Source: Marsupella aquatica (lineage: Eukaryota > Plantae > Marchantiophyta). From it: 64,000 nucleotides of DNA. The translations under genes and the position numbers were made by a program. The stretch spans positions 7,877,241 to 7,941,240 of the forward strand of contig OZ316899.1 in NCBI GenBank assembly GCA_973895155.1. The letters are read 5' to 3'. The notes under the pieces were generated by a model. It did not search any database and was not told the origin of the DNA. It worked only from the letters and a program-made list of their open reading frames with translations. This document shows, piece by piece, positions 20,730-33,510 of the stretch (the first letter of the stretch is position 1; every line of letters begins with the position of its first letter).

Positions 20730-23460
20730 GTGTTAGCAAAGTATTTAGGGTTTACAACCCTAAGTAACTAGGGAAGGCTAGTAGTAAATAATGAAAGGGA
20801 TAAGATATGATGTTCCAAGAAAGTGTCAAGGGATAAGTAAGGTCTTTATGGTAGGGTAGTAAATGTTCTGTCCTTATTTAGAATAGGCGACTATTCTAAG
20901 CCGGAGAAACAACCCAACACTTGAAGTCTTGTTTTTGGTTCAGATTTTTCCCATAGATGCTAGGAGGTCCCTAGAGCACCCCTAAAAAGTTAGATGTCAA
21001 GTGGGGTCTCAACCTAGGGTTTCCTTGTGTTTCGGTGGGACTTAAATTAACAAAATAGCGGGTCTAGGGAAAAATAGCTGATGAGTAAATTTAGGAGTTC
21101 CAAGTTTGGAAGTGGGTTAAATATGGTTCACTCTATCCCTAGGAACTTGCGTTAGAACTTGGGAGCATCTCAAAGTTGAAAATAATTTTGGAAAACATAA
21201 TAATTAACACTCTTTACCTAATTTTAAAAAATCCTTTATAAGGTCTTGTTTAGATATTAGTAAATCAGTACATAGTCTTATGTCCAAAAAATCTGTGGAT
21301 TTACTCAAAAGTCTTTTTGGACTCATGAGTGATTTTTTGGGGCGGTCCAAAACAACCTGGAAATGTTATTTTTCCAGAAAAAAATGTCATTTTTTCTAAG
21401 TGTTGGAACGACGACGCGCAAGCTACGACTCAAGCACGAGGCCGGTGAGAAAGTCAAGCACAAGGAGGCTCTCCAAAGCTGTTGCGTGTGGCTTGAGGTG
21501 CCAATTGAGCACAAGGGCGACTGAATTGAAGGAAGGGATGCTTGAATTGACCTGGTTGCATGCTGCTGATCAGAATTGGTAGGCTGCCTCGATGCTGCTG
21601 AATTGAATGATGTTGTTGCTTTGCTATCTGAGAAATTGATTGTGCTAGCTGCAAAATTGAAGGGCTAGCTATGAATAGGGGCTGCTGCTCGGACCACGAC
21701 CTTGACCTGCTTCTAGGTAGCATGCAAATCAAGAAGAATCAGCACAAGATCCATGCTGCTGCCTTGCAAATAGAAGCTGTGAATTGAAATCAGACTATGA
21801 AATTGGCTTTGCTAGCTGCAAAATTGAGCTAGTTGGCTGCAAGCTATGGAGGACTATGGTAAGCTGCTGACCAACAACACAAGATCCATGTTGTTGCTTC
21901 ATCCATGGTGCTCCTTCATTCATGCTACTACTTCATCCACGATCATGCTGTGTGAAGAACCGCACCATCTCCTTAGTAAACTCTGCCCTGAGTAATAAGC
22001 AATGTGGTCCTTATGAGAATTGTGGTCCTCATGACACGTGGAATCTCCATAAGGGGCATGTAAAGAGTAAGTGTAACCGGGTCACCGCTTACATCCGCTT
22101 TACACCAAAAATAGGTCTTGGGAGAATGGGCATAACTTTGGCTAGGGATATCCGTTGGGGCCAAAATTTATTGTGCTGAGTTAGGGGAAGGTAAGGCACC
22201 CCTTGGTGAAGTTGGAAACCCATAAAAAGAATCACTCAAATATATTTTCAGCCGAGGCCACGAGGGGGTCCCGATAGCTTGTAAACCAAACTCGGCATAG
22301 GGGAATGAATACCAGATTTAGGGGCTGACCTTTCTTGCACCCATACCACTTTAGTTAGGCTCTAGGGAATGGTACTTACCTTTGCTCAAGGATTTCAGGT
22401 CATAAAGTTAAGAGAAGTCAAGTAAAGGGGGTAGCTTACTTAAGGTAGTAAAAGGGTTACAAGTAAAATAAGACCAACTTTGACTAAGCATAACTTGAGA
22501 CTCACTCACTCGTTTTGCGAGATTTCAAATGGGTTGGAAATTTGGTGAGGATGACCATAAGTGGGAGCAGGTTTGGAGGTCAAAGCATGCAACTCATGTG
22601 TGGCATATTCCAGGGCTTGGAAGGAGGCAAAACAGTAGGTAGTAGAGTGGGCTATGAACTATAGAGTTGGACTTTGTGTGTTAGGAGGACTTGGGGGAGG
22701 TGTAGTTGGACCCCAGGTTGAGCTTGGTTGGTGTGGAAGGAGAATAGTATAAGAGGAGGAAGTTTTCCTTTGTTAGGGACCGAGAGTCTCATCTCTTAAG
22801 TGGAATCTCGACCTTGCCAAGGTAGGGCTAAGCTTGAGAAGGGAGAGGTGGTCCATACTTAGTGTGGAGAATGTGTAGTGAACTTTTGTTGTAAGGATTG
22901 AGTATGCAATGAAATGAGTCTTCCCAATCTCCATTGTGACCATTAAGTGTGAGAGAATTTGAAGTGTATGAGGGCAAGAGAAGAGTCCATGTTTGGATGC
23001 AATCTGGGTCTAAGCTTGAAGGGGATGTGTTGGTACACAACCAAGGCCAGGGAGGCAAGGTTAAGGTGGAGCACTACTTTGAGACTTAGAGAGGATTGTA
23101 TCTTGAGGATGGAAAGTACCTTGCCTTGAGTGAAAACAAGAGGGAAGAGCCCTTAGAGAGAAGAGTTGTCTCTAAGAGCTCAAAGGGGATGTGTGGACCC
23201 AAACCAAGGCCAGGGGGCAAGGTTGAGGGGTAACTTTACTTTGAGGGTCTTGAGGAGACTTTAAGCTTGAAGAGGAAAATACTTTGGGGTTCTTGGGTGT
23301 TTGTGTGAGAATCTACTCTAAGGTGACAGCTTGGAGTGGAGACCCCCCTTGCTAATCCTTGGAGTAGAGGAGAGGAGAAGGTGTGAGCGCAAAGTAGTCA
23401 AGGGGACTACCTCTCTAGACGTGGAGAGCTGAAAGTACTTATGTATGGTGTGATTAGACA
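20730..23460. mobile_element. Degenerate non-coding retroelement/LTR-like relic
   Basis: No real ORF; internal direct repeats (about 22980-23130 vs 23160-23290) and CTG-rich tracts. Ends and TSD could not be defined. Confidence 0.3.
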
Positions 23461-26459
23461 TTGCAAACACATTTCAAAAGTTTTGTCAATACTTTATGAC
23501 CCTGGTATGATATGGAGCAGGTATTAGGTAGTTTTTTGGGGAGAAAAGTCACTTAAGTTCCTTGACAAGTGTTTGACAATGTTACAGGATCTGACTGTGC
23601 TGCATGCATTCCTTTCATGCTCTTGTTCCCCTCTCATCCCTGGCTTGTCGTCTACAACCTCTGCTATAGCAATGAAGTGTTCTTGAAAGGATTTTTGAGA
23701 GTTTCAGCCTTTTCTCTCGAGTCTAAGTGCGCGACTATACCTTCGTTGATCCTTTGTCACCTCAGCGGTCCACAAGGTTTCTTTTTGTGGATTCTCTAAT
23801 TCAAGTCCCTTGCGTTATACACAACTACATTTTTGAGCTTTTAACGTTGTCTCCCATGTCATTTCATACGGGTTTTTAAGTCATCTGTGTACGTTGTACC
23901 CATCAACACAAATCAGGGTACTTTATTTACAGCCCCCAATAAGACGTTCCTATACGTCTTGACATGCAAGGATAGTTTCCAAGCACAAGAGGACGTAAAA
24001 TGACTTATCATCGGCCTTGAAGCATATATTTGTGAATGACAGGGGACGCAAAAGGCGTTGTTAGATGTATTGGTGGAAAGCAAGATTGAAGGGTACTGAA
24101 TTTTCCCCTTTTTCTCCAATTTCAAGGATTGAGTCCTACTAAAAGACAAGAAGCCCAAAGTGTTACATGGAATGGCTAGGATCTCTTCATATTGAGTTAA
24201 TCATATAAGGACCCTTAGATTTGCAATGAATACCATTTCTTCCATTCATTACCACATGGGGAAGCGTCCAAACTTCGGCAGGTGGTCAAGTTTTGTCCTT
24301 TGTTGCGTCAAGGACTTTACTTTAATTCAAAACCCTTAATCCACGCTACGATAGGTAATAGTGCTTTTATGAAGACTTTCAGTTCAAATTTTGAATTAGC
24401 GCCAATGTCTTTTAATACAAGTCTTGACTCAGATTGAATACAAGGACTCACAGTCCTCACTAAACCAAGGACTCGGCATTGCGGGCTAAGTTACGCTACT
24501 CCCAAAGTGCGAGGGCTTGGCATTGTGGGTTGTCACCATGGAGGAAATCTGAACGAGGATGTCAAGCTTGGCAATGTTGTGAGCTGTCACGATCCAGGGC
24601 AAAATCAGAATGTTGAGAGATTTGATCAAGTATCATTTTATAATTTTGCATTGAGGTAGAGCGCGAAAGGTAGTCGTAGTCAATTGAAGGCAGGGCCGGG
24701 CCTAGGCATAGTGAAGCCAACTTGAACAAAGTTTTAGGGATTCATTGTGTCTACCTTCTAAGAGTCTAATGTAGATTAAAGGCCGTCACAAGTGTTCATG
24801 CATGCAATTTACAATTTGAGATGACAATCATAAGTGAAGAAGAAGACAAAACAACAAAGCAGAAGAGATATGCACAAAATTTGAGAAGGCAAAGGATTAT
24901 TATGATAAGTCTATGAGGGAGTTCAAGAAAAGATGTCATCAAGCAATCCAATGTAGGTGTCACTCATGAGATTGATGTGCATGAGCAACTGATTGCTGAT
25001 GCGAAGGGGCGCAGTGAAAAGTTGCTTGCTAATGCAAAGCAAGAAGGTCCCCACATTGCTCTTGATGCAGAGCAACAAAGTCAACAAATACTTCTTCAGG
25101 TCAAGCAACTATGTGCAGAATTGAAGACCGCTGCCAAGAATGAGGGACGTCAAATAGTTGGAGAGTCACGTAGAGAGGCAACAATGTTGCAAGGGTGCCT
25201 GTGGACCATGAAAATTAAAAGGAATTGGCTGAGAGCAAGGATAGGTTGCAAAGGTTGCAATCAGACATAAGTGTAGAGGCAGCACGCTGGAGAACCTTGG
25301 AAACTGATAAAGTACAGTCTCCCGATGAGGGTGGGATGACAGTTCAGAAGGACAAGGGTGAAGCATTTAGGAGAAAAGATGCAGCAAGAAAACAAACTTT
25401 GTATTGGCAGTGGCACGCGAGTAGGTCAAACCGGAAACGTAGTAGAGGATGCAACAACAGTGTCCAATGGAGTACCTACAGGACTGAACAGGTCAAGAAG
25501 GTGTGACAATCTTTTAGTCACACATATAGTTTCAGATTTAATGAGACAAATGGAGACCTTTAATGAAGGTGCCAAAAAGTTGGTCTTGGAGGGGTTCTGG
25601 CTATACAGCTTGCTGAAGGATTACCAACCAACAATGCTTGGCTGCCCAAGACTAGATGCATCTGTAAGTGCTGCGGTTGTTGATCATCTAGCTACAAAGC
25701 GAGCATTGCTAATAGCATTGGTAGGACAGTCCACAGTATCTAATCGCAACCAGACCTCATTGGCCATAGCTTTGGGTATCAAAAGACGGAACCTGCATAA
25801 AGTGTCAGCAATTAGAAAGCAACTAGATGAGAACTCTTTAGCAAGATATCCTATGGGTGAGCAAAAGACTCGAAGTGACAAGATCTCAACTGAAGTGAAG
25901 AAGATTGTTGAAGGCTTTTGGGAAGCAAATACTCAAATTTCTCCTTGCAAAAAGGATGTTGCTAGATTACGATTGGGAGTGAAAGAGTACGTTCTTCATT
26001 CAAAGCACTGGCTGGAGGATACAGAGGTAGCTAATTCTCCTATGTTATCCAAAGATTGCATCGGGATTGTATTGCATAGAGTGCATTTTGGATCAAAGTT
26101 AATTACACATTCATTTGGGCCCTTTGCCTGTTAGGTCCACGAACCTAATCGGGACATACATTTTTTTGAGATACAATCTGCCGTTGTTTGATTTCGCAGG
26201 TTGAGTTTTTAAAAAAACTTCGCAATTGGTGCACCACAAAAGGCAATTTGGTTTCTATAGGCTTGAGGGCCTTCCAAAACATGAAGCCATACTACATCCG
26301 CACCATGAAGGACCAAAATGTGTGTTGTTGCAAACACATGTTGAGATGGATCTATTGAAAGATGCAATGAACAAGTTCAGGAGGCACCACCACAGTAAGG
26401 ATTGTACTTGCCATTGTTCTATATGCACTATGCACCCCCTTAAAGGCGTCACACAGGGC

Positions 26460-29221
26460 TGTTAGTTAATTTTTGAGCTTATTAAGATTTATAATTATCT
26501 ATTTCTATGTAATTTTAGTGTAGTTGAAGGCTTTAGGCCTTGGTCAACTTTGAACCTAGAAGATTAAGTGAGAAGTTAATAGTGATAGTTTTAAGGTAGA
26601 GTAGCATTTTGTGATATTTTAATCAAATCTTTGTAGGTCATGAAAAACTCTGAAATTTTAATGAGTAGATAGATTTTAGATAGAGAAATTTACCCAAGAA
26701 AATATCAAACAAAACGGACATGTCGTTAGGAAGTTAGGGTCATTTTTGTTTCGCATATTAACACTTTGGTTTTTTGACACTTAGAATAGTTTTCTATTTT
26801 TACAACTTTATACTAAATTAGCATCTTTAGGTATTTTATTGATAAACTTAGATTAGTCCAAAAAGTATGAGTTTTTGTGCCAGATAATAGATTATAGGTA
26901 GAGGAACGCACTGGAAATATTTCAGCACAAACGGAGTTCAGGTTATATTTTTAAAAATTGCAAGGAATAGGTGTCTAGTAGTTTTTTTGCGAAACCGTTA
27001 GGCCGCTAAGCCATTTGGCCGTTTTGTTGCGAGTTAACCAGGGAGGTACTCTTGAGTGAAAAGAGGTTACTCCTGAGTGAAAAAAATGGTACTCCTAAGT
27101 GAAAAGATGGTACTCTCATGTAGATGAGGGTAGTCAAAAGAAGAGGAAAGAAGAGGTAGAGGAATCAAAGGAATAAAGAAAGAAATAGAAAATTACTTAG
27201 TTCGTGATGAGATTGATTGAGGCATGGAGTTAGGTAGGAGTGAAGACTCCATCAACAATTGATTGGTGAGATATGGTGGATTAGGTGGTCATCAATTGCA
27301 AGCAATGAAGTGAAGCAGTCCTGGCCTGGAAAGACAAGTTGAATTGGAGAGATAATGTCGAATCACAAGTCGTCAAAGCCAAAATCGCGGAAAACTCATG
27401 GTAGGAAAAATCAGCGACACCAAATATTTTCTGGAGCCACATTTGGTTAACCAAATTGGCTGATTTTTTTGTGGAGGTAGAAGGGAAATAGGCTCACCTT
27501 TTGGAAAATTATGAGCACCAACCGAGGTCTGGTTGGTGAGAAATAAATCAGATGCCAAAGGGGGTCTACAGCTTTCCAGCTTTTGCTGCAAATCTGATTT
27601 CACACCTTCAAGCAAATGAATGCTATTGTAATCAATTGATTGGTGGAAAGAAGGTGATGGTGATTAGTTGTGATTGTGAGGTAGAAGGTGGTAGGTTGGA
27701 AGGGAAGGTTGAAATGGAGTTAAGAGTTCCAATCGCAAGTCGCCGAAGTTGAAATTTGCGAAAATGAATGGTAGGAAAACTCAGCTACACCAAATATTTG
27801 TTGGAGCGACATTCACTAGACCAAATTGGCTGATATTTTTTGTGGAGGTAGAAGGGAAGTAGATGCACCTTTTGGCAAATTATGAGCACCAACCAAGATC
27901 TGGTTGGTGAGAGATAAATCATATGCTGGAGGGGGTCTGCATCTTCCAATTGTTCTGCGCGAAATTCAATTCTATGATTTGAAGCACGTGGACCAAGATT
28001 GAATGGAAGTAGGAGATTGATTAGGAGCTAGTAAAAGAGGAGAGCATCCAGCCCATGGTGATGATTGGATTGGAGTGGCTGAAAAGTATTTAAAGATTGT
28101 AGTTTTTTATGTTGAGGGACAGATGTCTGGTTGCTTAGTGGAAACTTCATCCACATGGAGTGGAAACTAAGATCAACAAGCATATGATCCCAGAGTTGGA
28201 TAGTTGTAGAGAAGTGAGGAGAAGGACCCTGGACAAAGGTTCCATTTGTACCAGGAAAATTTATGATGTTACATAAAGTCTTCTTTTCTTGCATCTTTCT
28301 TTGCTATGACTCCAATTCTGTAGTTGACATGAGAATTGAACTTAAGAGGGATTGAGTACCTGGATGTTACCTTGTACCCAATCTGGTTGATTTTCTGGAG
28401 GTTTAGTGAGGAGAGAATATTGTGTTGTGATTTCAGGTTTTCCCTGGTTTGGGCAGTATACCTTGGCAGCGTATTGGCGATTCCTTATGGTGCTTTGGTG
28501 TCTCTAGCTGTGGACTTTTGGCAAAGCAATTACAAGTTTTCCCTGGTCGTTGTGTTTGGAATACATTAGTAAATCTGAAAGTGCAACCTTCTCACCATGT
28601 GTGTTTGGCTGTCCTGATTTGGCTGTTCTGTTGGCCGGAGTTAGTAGACACCCCCAAGAGTGACAATCTGAATCTTCAGAGCTGGGAGGTGATAAGAAAT
28701 ATTGATTTGGTCAAGAGCTGCTGAAACTTGGGTGCTTGAGATTGGGTTGCAGCCAGGACCAATGGGCTCAGCCCCTACTTTCGTTTTGCAAACCAATTGA
28801 TGGTAGGAGGAGCTGATGTGACCCCAACAACATGGTTTGTTCCAGTGAGCTTTTAGCAGGGTGATTTCTTACAGGTTTTCCCTGGTCACCTTGTGTAAAG
28901 AACTTTAGTAAATTTGGCACTCTCATGAGGGGGGGGGGGGGGGGTCCTTGTGGAGAGTTAGATCTTGTTGTTTTGTCGTTGTAGTCTATTGTTTTGAAGT
29001 GGAGAAAACTCTCCATCCTCTTGGAAGATAGAGGTGGGATTTTGTTTGGTTTCTAAAAGGTTTGTTCGTCCGTCTTCCGCTTGTGGTCCCACCCTAAGCT
29101 CTTCCATGGGAACGAACTGGTAGAGATAGCAATATTTTTGCTTGGGTTGTGTGCTACCCGTGAGTTACCCTCCACGACATGCACTACTGTGGAGAATGCT
29201 TAGATTGTAGAGGGTACATCA
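26460..29221. mobile_element. LTR-like non-coding insertion interrupting transposase 2
   Basis: The transposase reads ...VTQG|C-VAYKSS across the insertion. The right end GGGTACATCA resembles a TGATGTAC.. LTR terminus; there is an internal ~230-bp direct repeat (about 27360-27600 vs 27735-27960). No TSD found. Confidence 0.5.
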
Positions 29222-30478
29222 TGTGTTGCTTACAAGAGCTCTATTACATCTGTGCGAGAATGGATGGAAGGAGCTCTATGTCCAAAACTTGAGGGGCAAG
29301 AATGGCATCAAAAGACTTGTATATTTGGTACCTATAACAAATGTGGAGTTGACAAGCTAGTGTGGTGTGCCATGGAGCTGGATCCCACAGAAAACCTTGC
29401 TATCGATCGGGAAACATTTCAGTATGTGGAATTGGATGAGAAGGCACAGACCAGAAGGGAGAAGAAGAAACTAAGGGACTACTGAGAGTGTAGTCCAAAA
29501 GGTGAAGCGATTGCGGACGATGCATAAGAGGACTTCTCTTCTGGATTTCAAGGTACAAGTATTGAGTACAATGAAGACTTTTCTGATTCATAATTTTAGA
29601 GCTCGATGGCAAGCTCATCAGTCAAAGTTGTGCTTAAAATTGTTTCCAAGGGGAACTATAGTCTCCTCTATAGACTTCTCTAAGAATTATACTTTCAAGG
29701 TTCAGAATGAAATCCAAACTCAGCATTGGGACAATCAGTAAATTACCTTGTTGATTCACGTCACATATAGACATTGAGAAGATGTTCAGTCCATTGAGGG
29801 TGTTGTGGGTAGGTTTGTAGAGATGGCACAAGATGAGACAGGAATCAAGACATAATAGCTGATTATCACTTCTACATTAGTGATGATAATACCCACGACA
29901 CTCTCTTTGTGCAACACTGCATGGACTTACATGCATAGTGGATGAAGGACAAAGGTATTACATACAATCAGCATTGGGTTTGGTCGGATGGAGCGGCTTC
30001 ACAGTTCAAAGCTTGCAGACCTTTCTATTATGTTGCTAGGTATTACAAACAACATGGTGCACGGATGAAGTGGTTCTTCCATGCTTCAGGACATGGAAAA
30101 AGAGTTGTTGTAAGCATTCTAAAACTCTGTACCTAGCTTCTCTCTCTTGCCAATTCTTTGATAATTGCTGTCATTTAGTTATTTTCAGAAACGTTATATC
30201 TCTATAACTGACCCTATGGTTGTTATTGTTGATTGTAGGATGCTCTTGGTGGTCATGTAAAGAGTGGAATTGAGAAGGAGCAGTTAAAAGGGATTCATGG
30301 AGTTAGGTTAGAGAATGCACACGATGTGGTTGCATTTTGTAGACATAAGTTTGCGCTTGGCAAAGAGAAGGAATACAGTGATGTTCAGTTGGTCAAGCGC
30401 TTGTTTTGGGAAGTTGGTGCTGAAGATGTTAACCGGAGAAAGAAGTGGGACTGCAATCCAATCAAGGGAAGTAGATCA

Positions 30479-31951
30479 TGTCGCGGAACTCAACTACTTT
30501 AACACTTAGCTTTGGCGTCGCTGACTTCGACGCCAAGCTCCCTTATGGTCCAGGCCCGGATAGGCCATCCGGGGAGGACTTAGCATGGGGAGACTTGTGA
30601 GCAACGAGACGTGGCGCTAGCAAAGGCAAGGAGCCAAGTTGGTGACACACACTAAGGACTTGGACTAGCTGAGAGTTGTTCGGGTCAAGGGGAAATGGGC
30701 CAGGCTCAAGGACGACCGTCCGGACCTCCGGATGGACTTTGAGTTCTTAGGGCTTGAGTGTGAGCTCCTCTCGGGCCCAAGGCCAATGGAGTTGACGCCA
30801 TGGGCAACGGACGCTTGGGGCGCAAGTTATGGACCGATCCGGGGCCCCAAGCGGTGATGAGACTTGAGGACCTAGGCATGAGCACTAGGTTGACCCGATC
30901 ACAACGGGCTAAGGCACTCCGCTTGCGGATGCCCAACTAGAAAGTTATGGGCGTTGCCAGTTGGTGGCATGCCCATTCTGTGCAATAGGATCCGGGTTGG
31001 GGGCCAAATGGTTAGGGACCAAAGCTGGTCCAGGGATGGCAGGTCTTGAGAAGCATATATGAGGGGAGTGGTGTCTCCCTGGGGGCTATGAGCGAGCCGA
31101 AGTTGTGAACCGCGGCGGTCGCAACACTAAGAGAAACCGTCAAACGGAAATGATGATATCTTTCCAACGGGAAGTCTGTTGAAGGACTTCTTGGGTGCAT
31201 TGGAAAGCTCTCAACAAGGGCTACGCCCTCCTAAGCTCAGCTGGGTCTGGGGGCACCATGGGTTCTCAGGGTTTGCGGGTGTTTGTTCGCCCACTTGCCA
31301 AATCCTGCCAAACAGTAGCCAAGCCGCGTTCAGTCTCGCAAGGGAGCTTGCGTTGGGGAGGCAAGGCCAAGTAGGTGTGGAGGTTGAGTTCCAAGAATGT
31401 TTGGCCCCTAGACCATCAGTGAGGCAAATTGGGAGTTGGTTGCTAGAGTCGAGGCCATTCTGGTCCTGGCGTGTTGGGACAAGCTTTAGGACAAGCTACG
31501 CTATTTGGGCCATGAACATGTCCTGGGGTCAGGGTGGTCAGTTGGTGATGGATAGGTACAAGGGGGAACCCGGGCCGCGCCCAAGGAAGGAGCTGTTCTA
31601 GACGAACAGTGGGCGTGGGTTCTGGTTCCGGCTTATGGCATTGGGTGGACCTATCACTGACCTATTTACCAATGTCTGTTGAGCTTGAGTTAGGATGCTA
31701 GACTTGGCAAGTTCTAGATCCTGAAGGGTTACTTACCAAGGTGCTTGGTTGCTTGTGCAGACAGTGAGGACCGTTGAGTAGCGGTTGTGTTGGAGAGCAA
31801 GTGCGACTTCGTATGGGAGGGGCCGCTGGCGGTGCAAGGGGCACTAGGGTGCTTCCTCGAGGTATTCCGTGGAGGCGTTTGGGCATCGGGGGCACTTAGG
31901 CATGAGTGCTAGGATTGGTGAGGGCGTTGGGTGGCTAGGTCCACCACTTGA
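30479..31951. mobile_element. GC-rich retroelement-like insertion interrupting transposase 2
   Basis: The transposase reads GSRS|LHCF across the insertion, which begins TGTCGCGG (LTR-like) with an abrupt GC shift. No TSD found. Confidence 0.55.
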
Positions 31952-32859
31952 TTGCACTGCTTTGATGGTTTTAGTAACCGTCTTTCAACTCTTATGCAAG
32001 TGAGGGAGCTTTGCTGTTTCTGTGTATATTGTGTAGATGATGAACCAACCAAATGTGAGAATGTATAGTGGGTAGGGAATTTTAGACTAGAGATGGTCAA
32101 AGGGATATTTCTTGTTGATGTTAGACCTGACATACAGAACATTGGAGTGGGGGAAGGAGTGTCTGAAGGCAAGGAGGTATTGCTAGCAGACCTTGTCCAA
32201 CTAGGTGATTTCTATGCTAAGCAAGCTGAGCAGCCAAATAATTGGAATGTAGATTTCTATGTCCTTCAATGTGAGGAGGTGTTGCACACAGTCGCAAAGA
32301 ATTTTACAGATGGTTATGACGTCCAGTTTGAGAAAGGTGACCTGGCATTGAAGGGAAGGTGGTTTCAGCCAATTCCAGGGCGGGAAACCAAATTTGTATA
32401 TAATAATATTGCACCTTCAAGCTACACTGATGCAAAGTGTGTCGTTCACATTAGATTTGCCTTGACTCCATGTGTGGTAGGTAGGGGTCAAAAGGGTGGT
32501 AGTAGAATGCACTTCATCGACCCCTGACACAATAGCAGCAATTGCTACTTCCTTGACTTTGCCAATTTAGTTGGTACCTATTTAAGTGGTTGTGTGGGTA
32601 TTGAAGCTACACCTGGTGATCTAGTGCTGGCAGGCTGTTCAGGTATTTTGCCCTCAAGTCGCCTTGCTTGAATTGTTGGTGATCTTGGTTCTGTGACTCC
32701 TAATACATGTGTTAGTTAAAGTCCTTTCTCTAAAATTCTTGATTGTTGTGCTGATATCCATTCCTATGAACTGCCAAATGTGTTTATCCAAGTCCTTATA
32801 GGCTTAAGTACAATTGTGATCTTACATCAAGGATTCTGGTCGTTGTCTCCTTATGGTCT

Positions 32860-33510
32860 GAAGGACTTTAGTCCTACATTGAGCTTATGGTCGTAAAGCA
32901 ATGTCTTCATTTGGCCTCTGAATAAATATCAGTCCTCAAGCGTAAAAGGACTGTATTCCTTTATTGTCACGAGGAAGGACTTCAGCCCTGAAGTGTTAGG
33001 ACCGTAGTCCTTTATTGTCCTTAGAAAGGACTTTAGTCCTCAATTCTGAAGGAATATAGTCCTTTATTGTCATGAGGATCAAAGGACTTCAGCCCTGAAG
33101 TGTTAAGGACCGTAGTCCTTTATTGTCCTTAGAAAGGACTTAAGTCCTCAATTCTAAAGGACTATAGTCCTTTGTCGTGGAAGGACCCAATCGTGAAAGG
33201 ATGTAGTCCTCACTACGTGAGGACTAAGTCCTCAATTCTGAAGGACTAAGTCCTCAATTCTGAAGGACTATGGTCCTCTATCGTGGAAGGAGCCAGTCCT
33301 CAAGTGAAAGGATATAGTCCTCAAGTATTAAGGACCCAGTCCGAAAGTCGTAAGGACTAAAGACCTGTCCTTCCGTCCTGAAATCTTGAGGACTAAACTC
33401 CTTTCTCGTGCTTAGTAAAGACTTAAGTCCTCAGGTCTGAAGGACTATGGTCCTTTATTTTCCATCATAAGAACTTAGCACCCTTGCACATGATGACTTT
33501 GGTCATTTAT
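32860..33510. repeat. AAGGACT/AGTCCT-rich degenerate repeat array downstream of transposase 2
   Basis: Dense AGGACT..AGTCCT inverted and direct motifs. Confidence 0.8.

Larger units (their letters stand above)
24977..32527 (+). pseudogene. Second DDE transposase pseudogene (possibly Sola2-like), intron-containing and split by two insertions
   Basis: Motifs across the fragments: KPYYIRTMKDQNVCCC.HVEM, CTCHCSIC, LCPK....WH..TC, IDFSKNYTFKVQNEIQTQHW, HFYISDDNTHDTLFVQHC, WVWSDGAASQFK, FHASGHGK...DALGGHVK, IKGSRS|LHCF, RELCCFCVYC. Many premature stops. The superfamily assignment is tentative. Confidence 0.8.
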
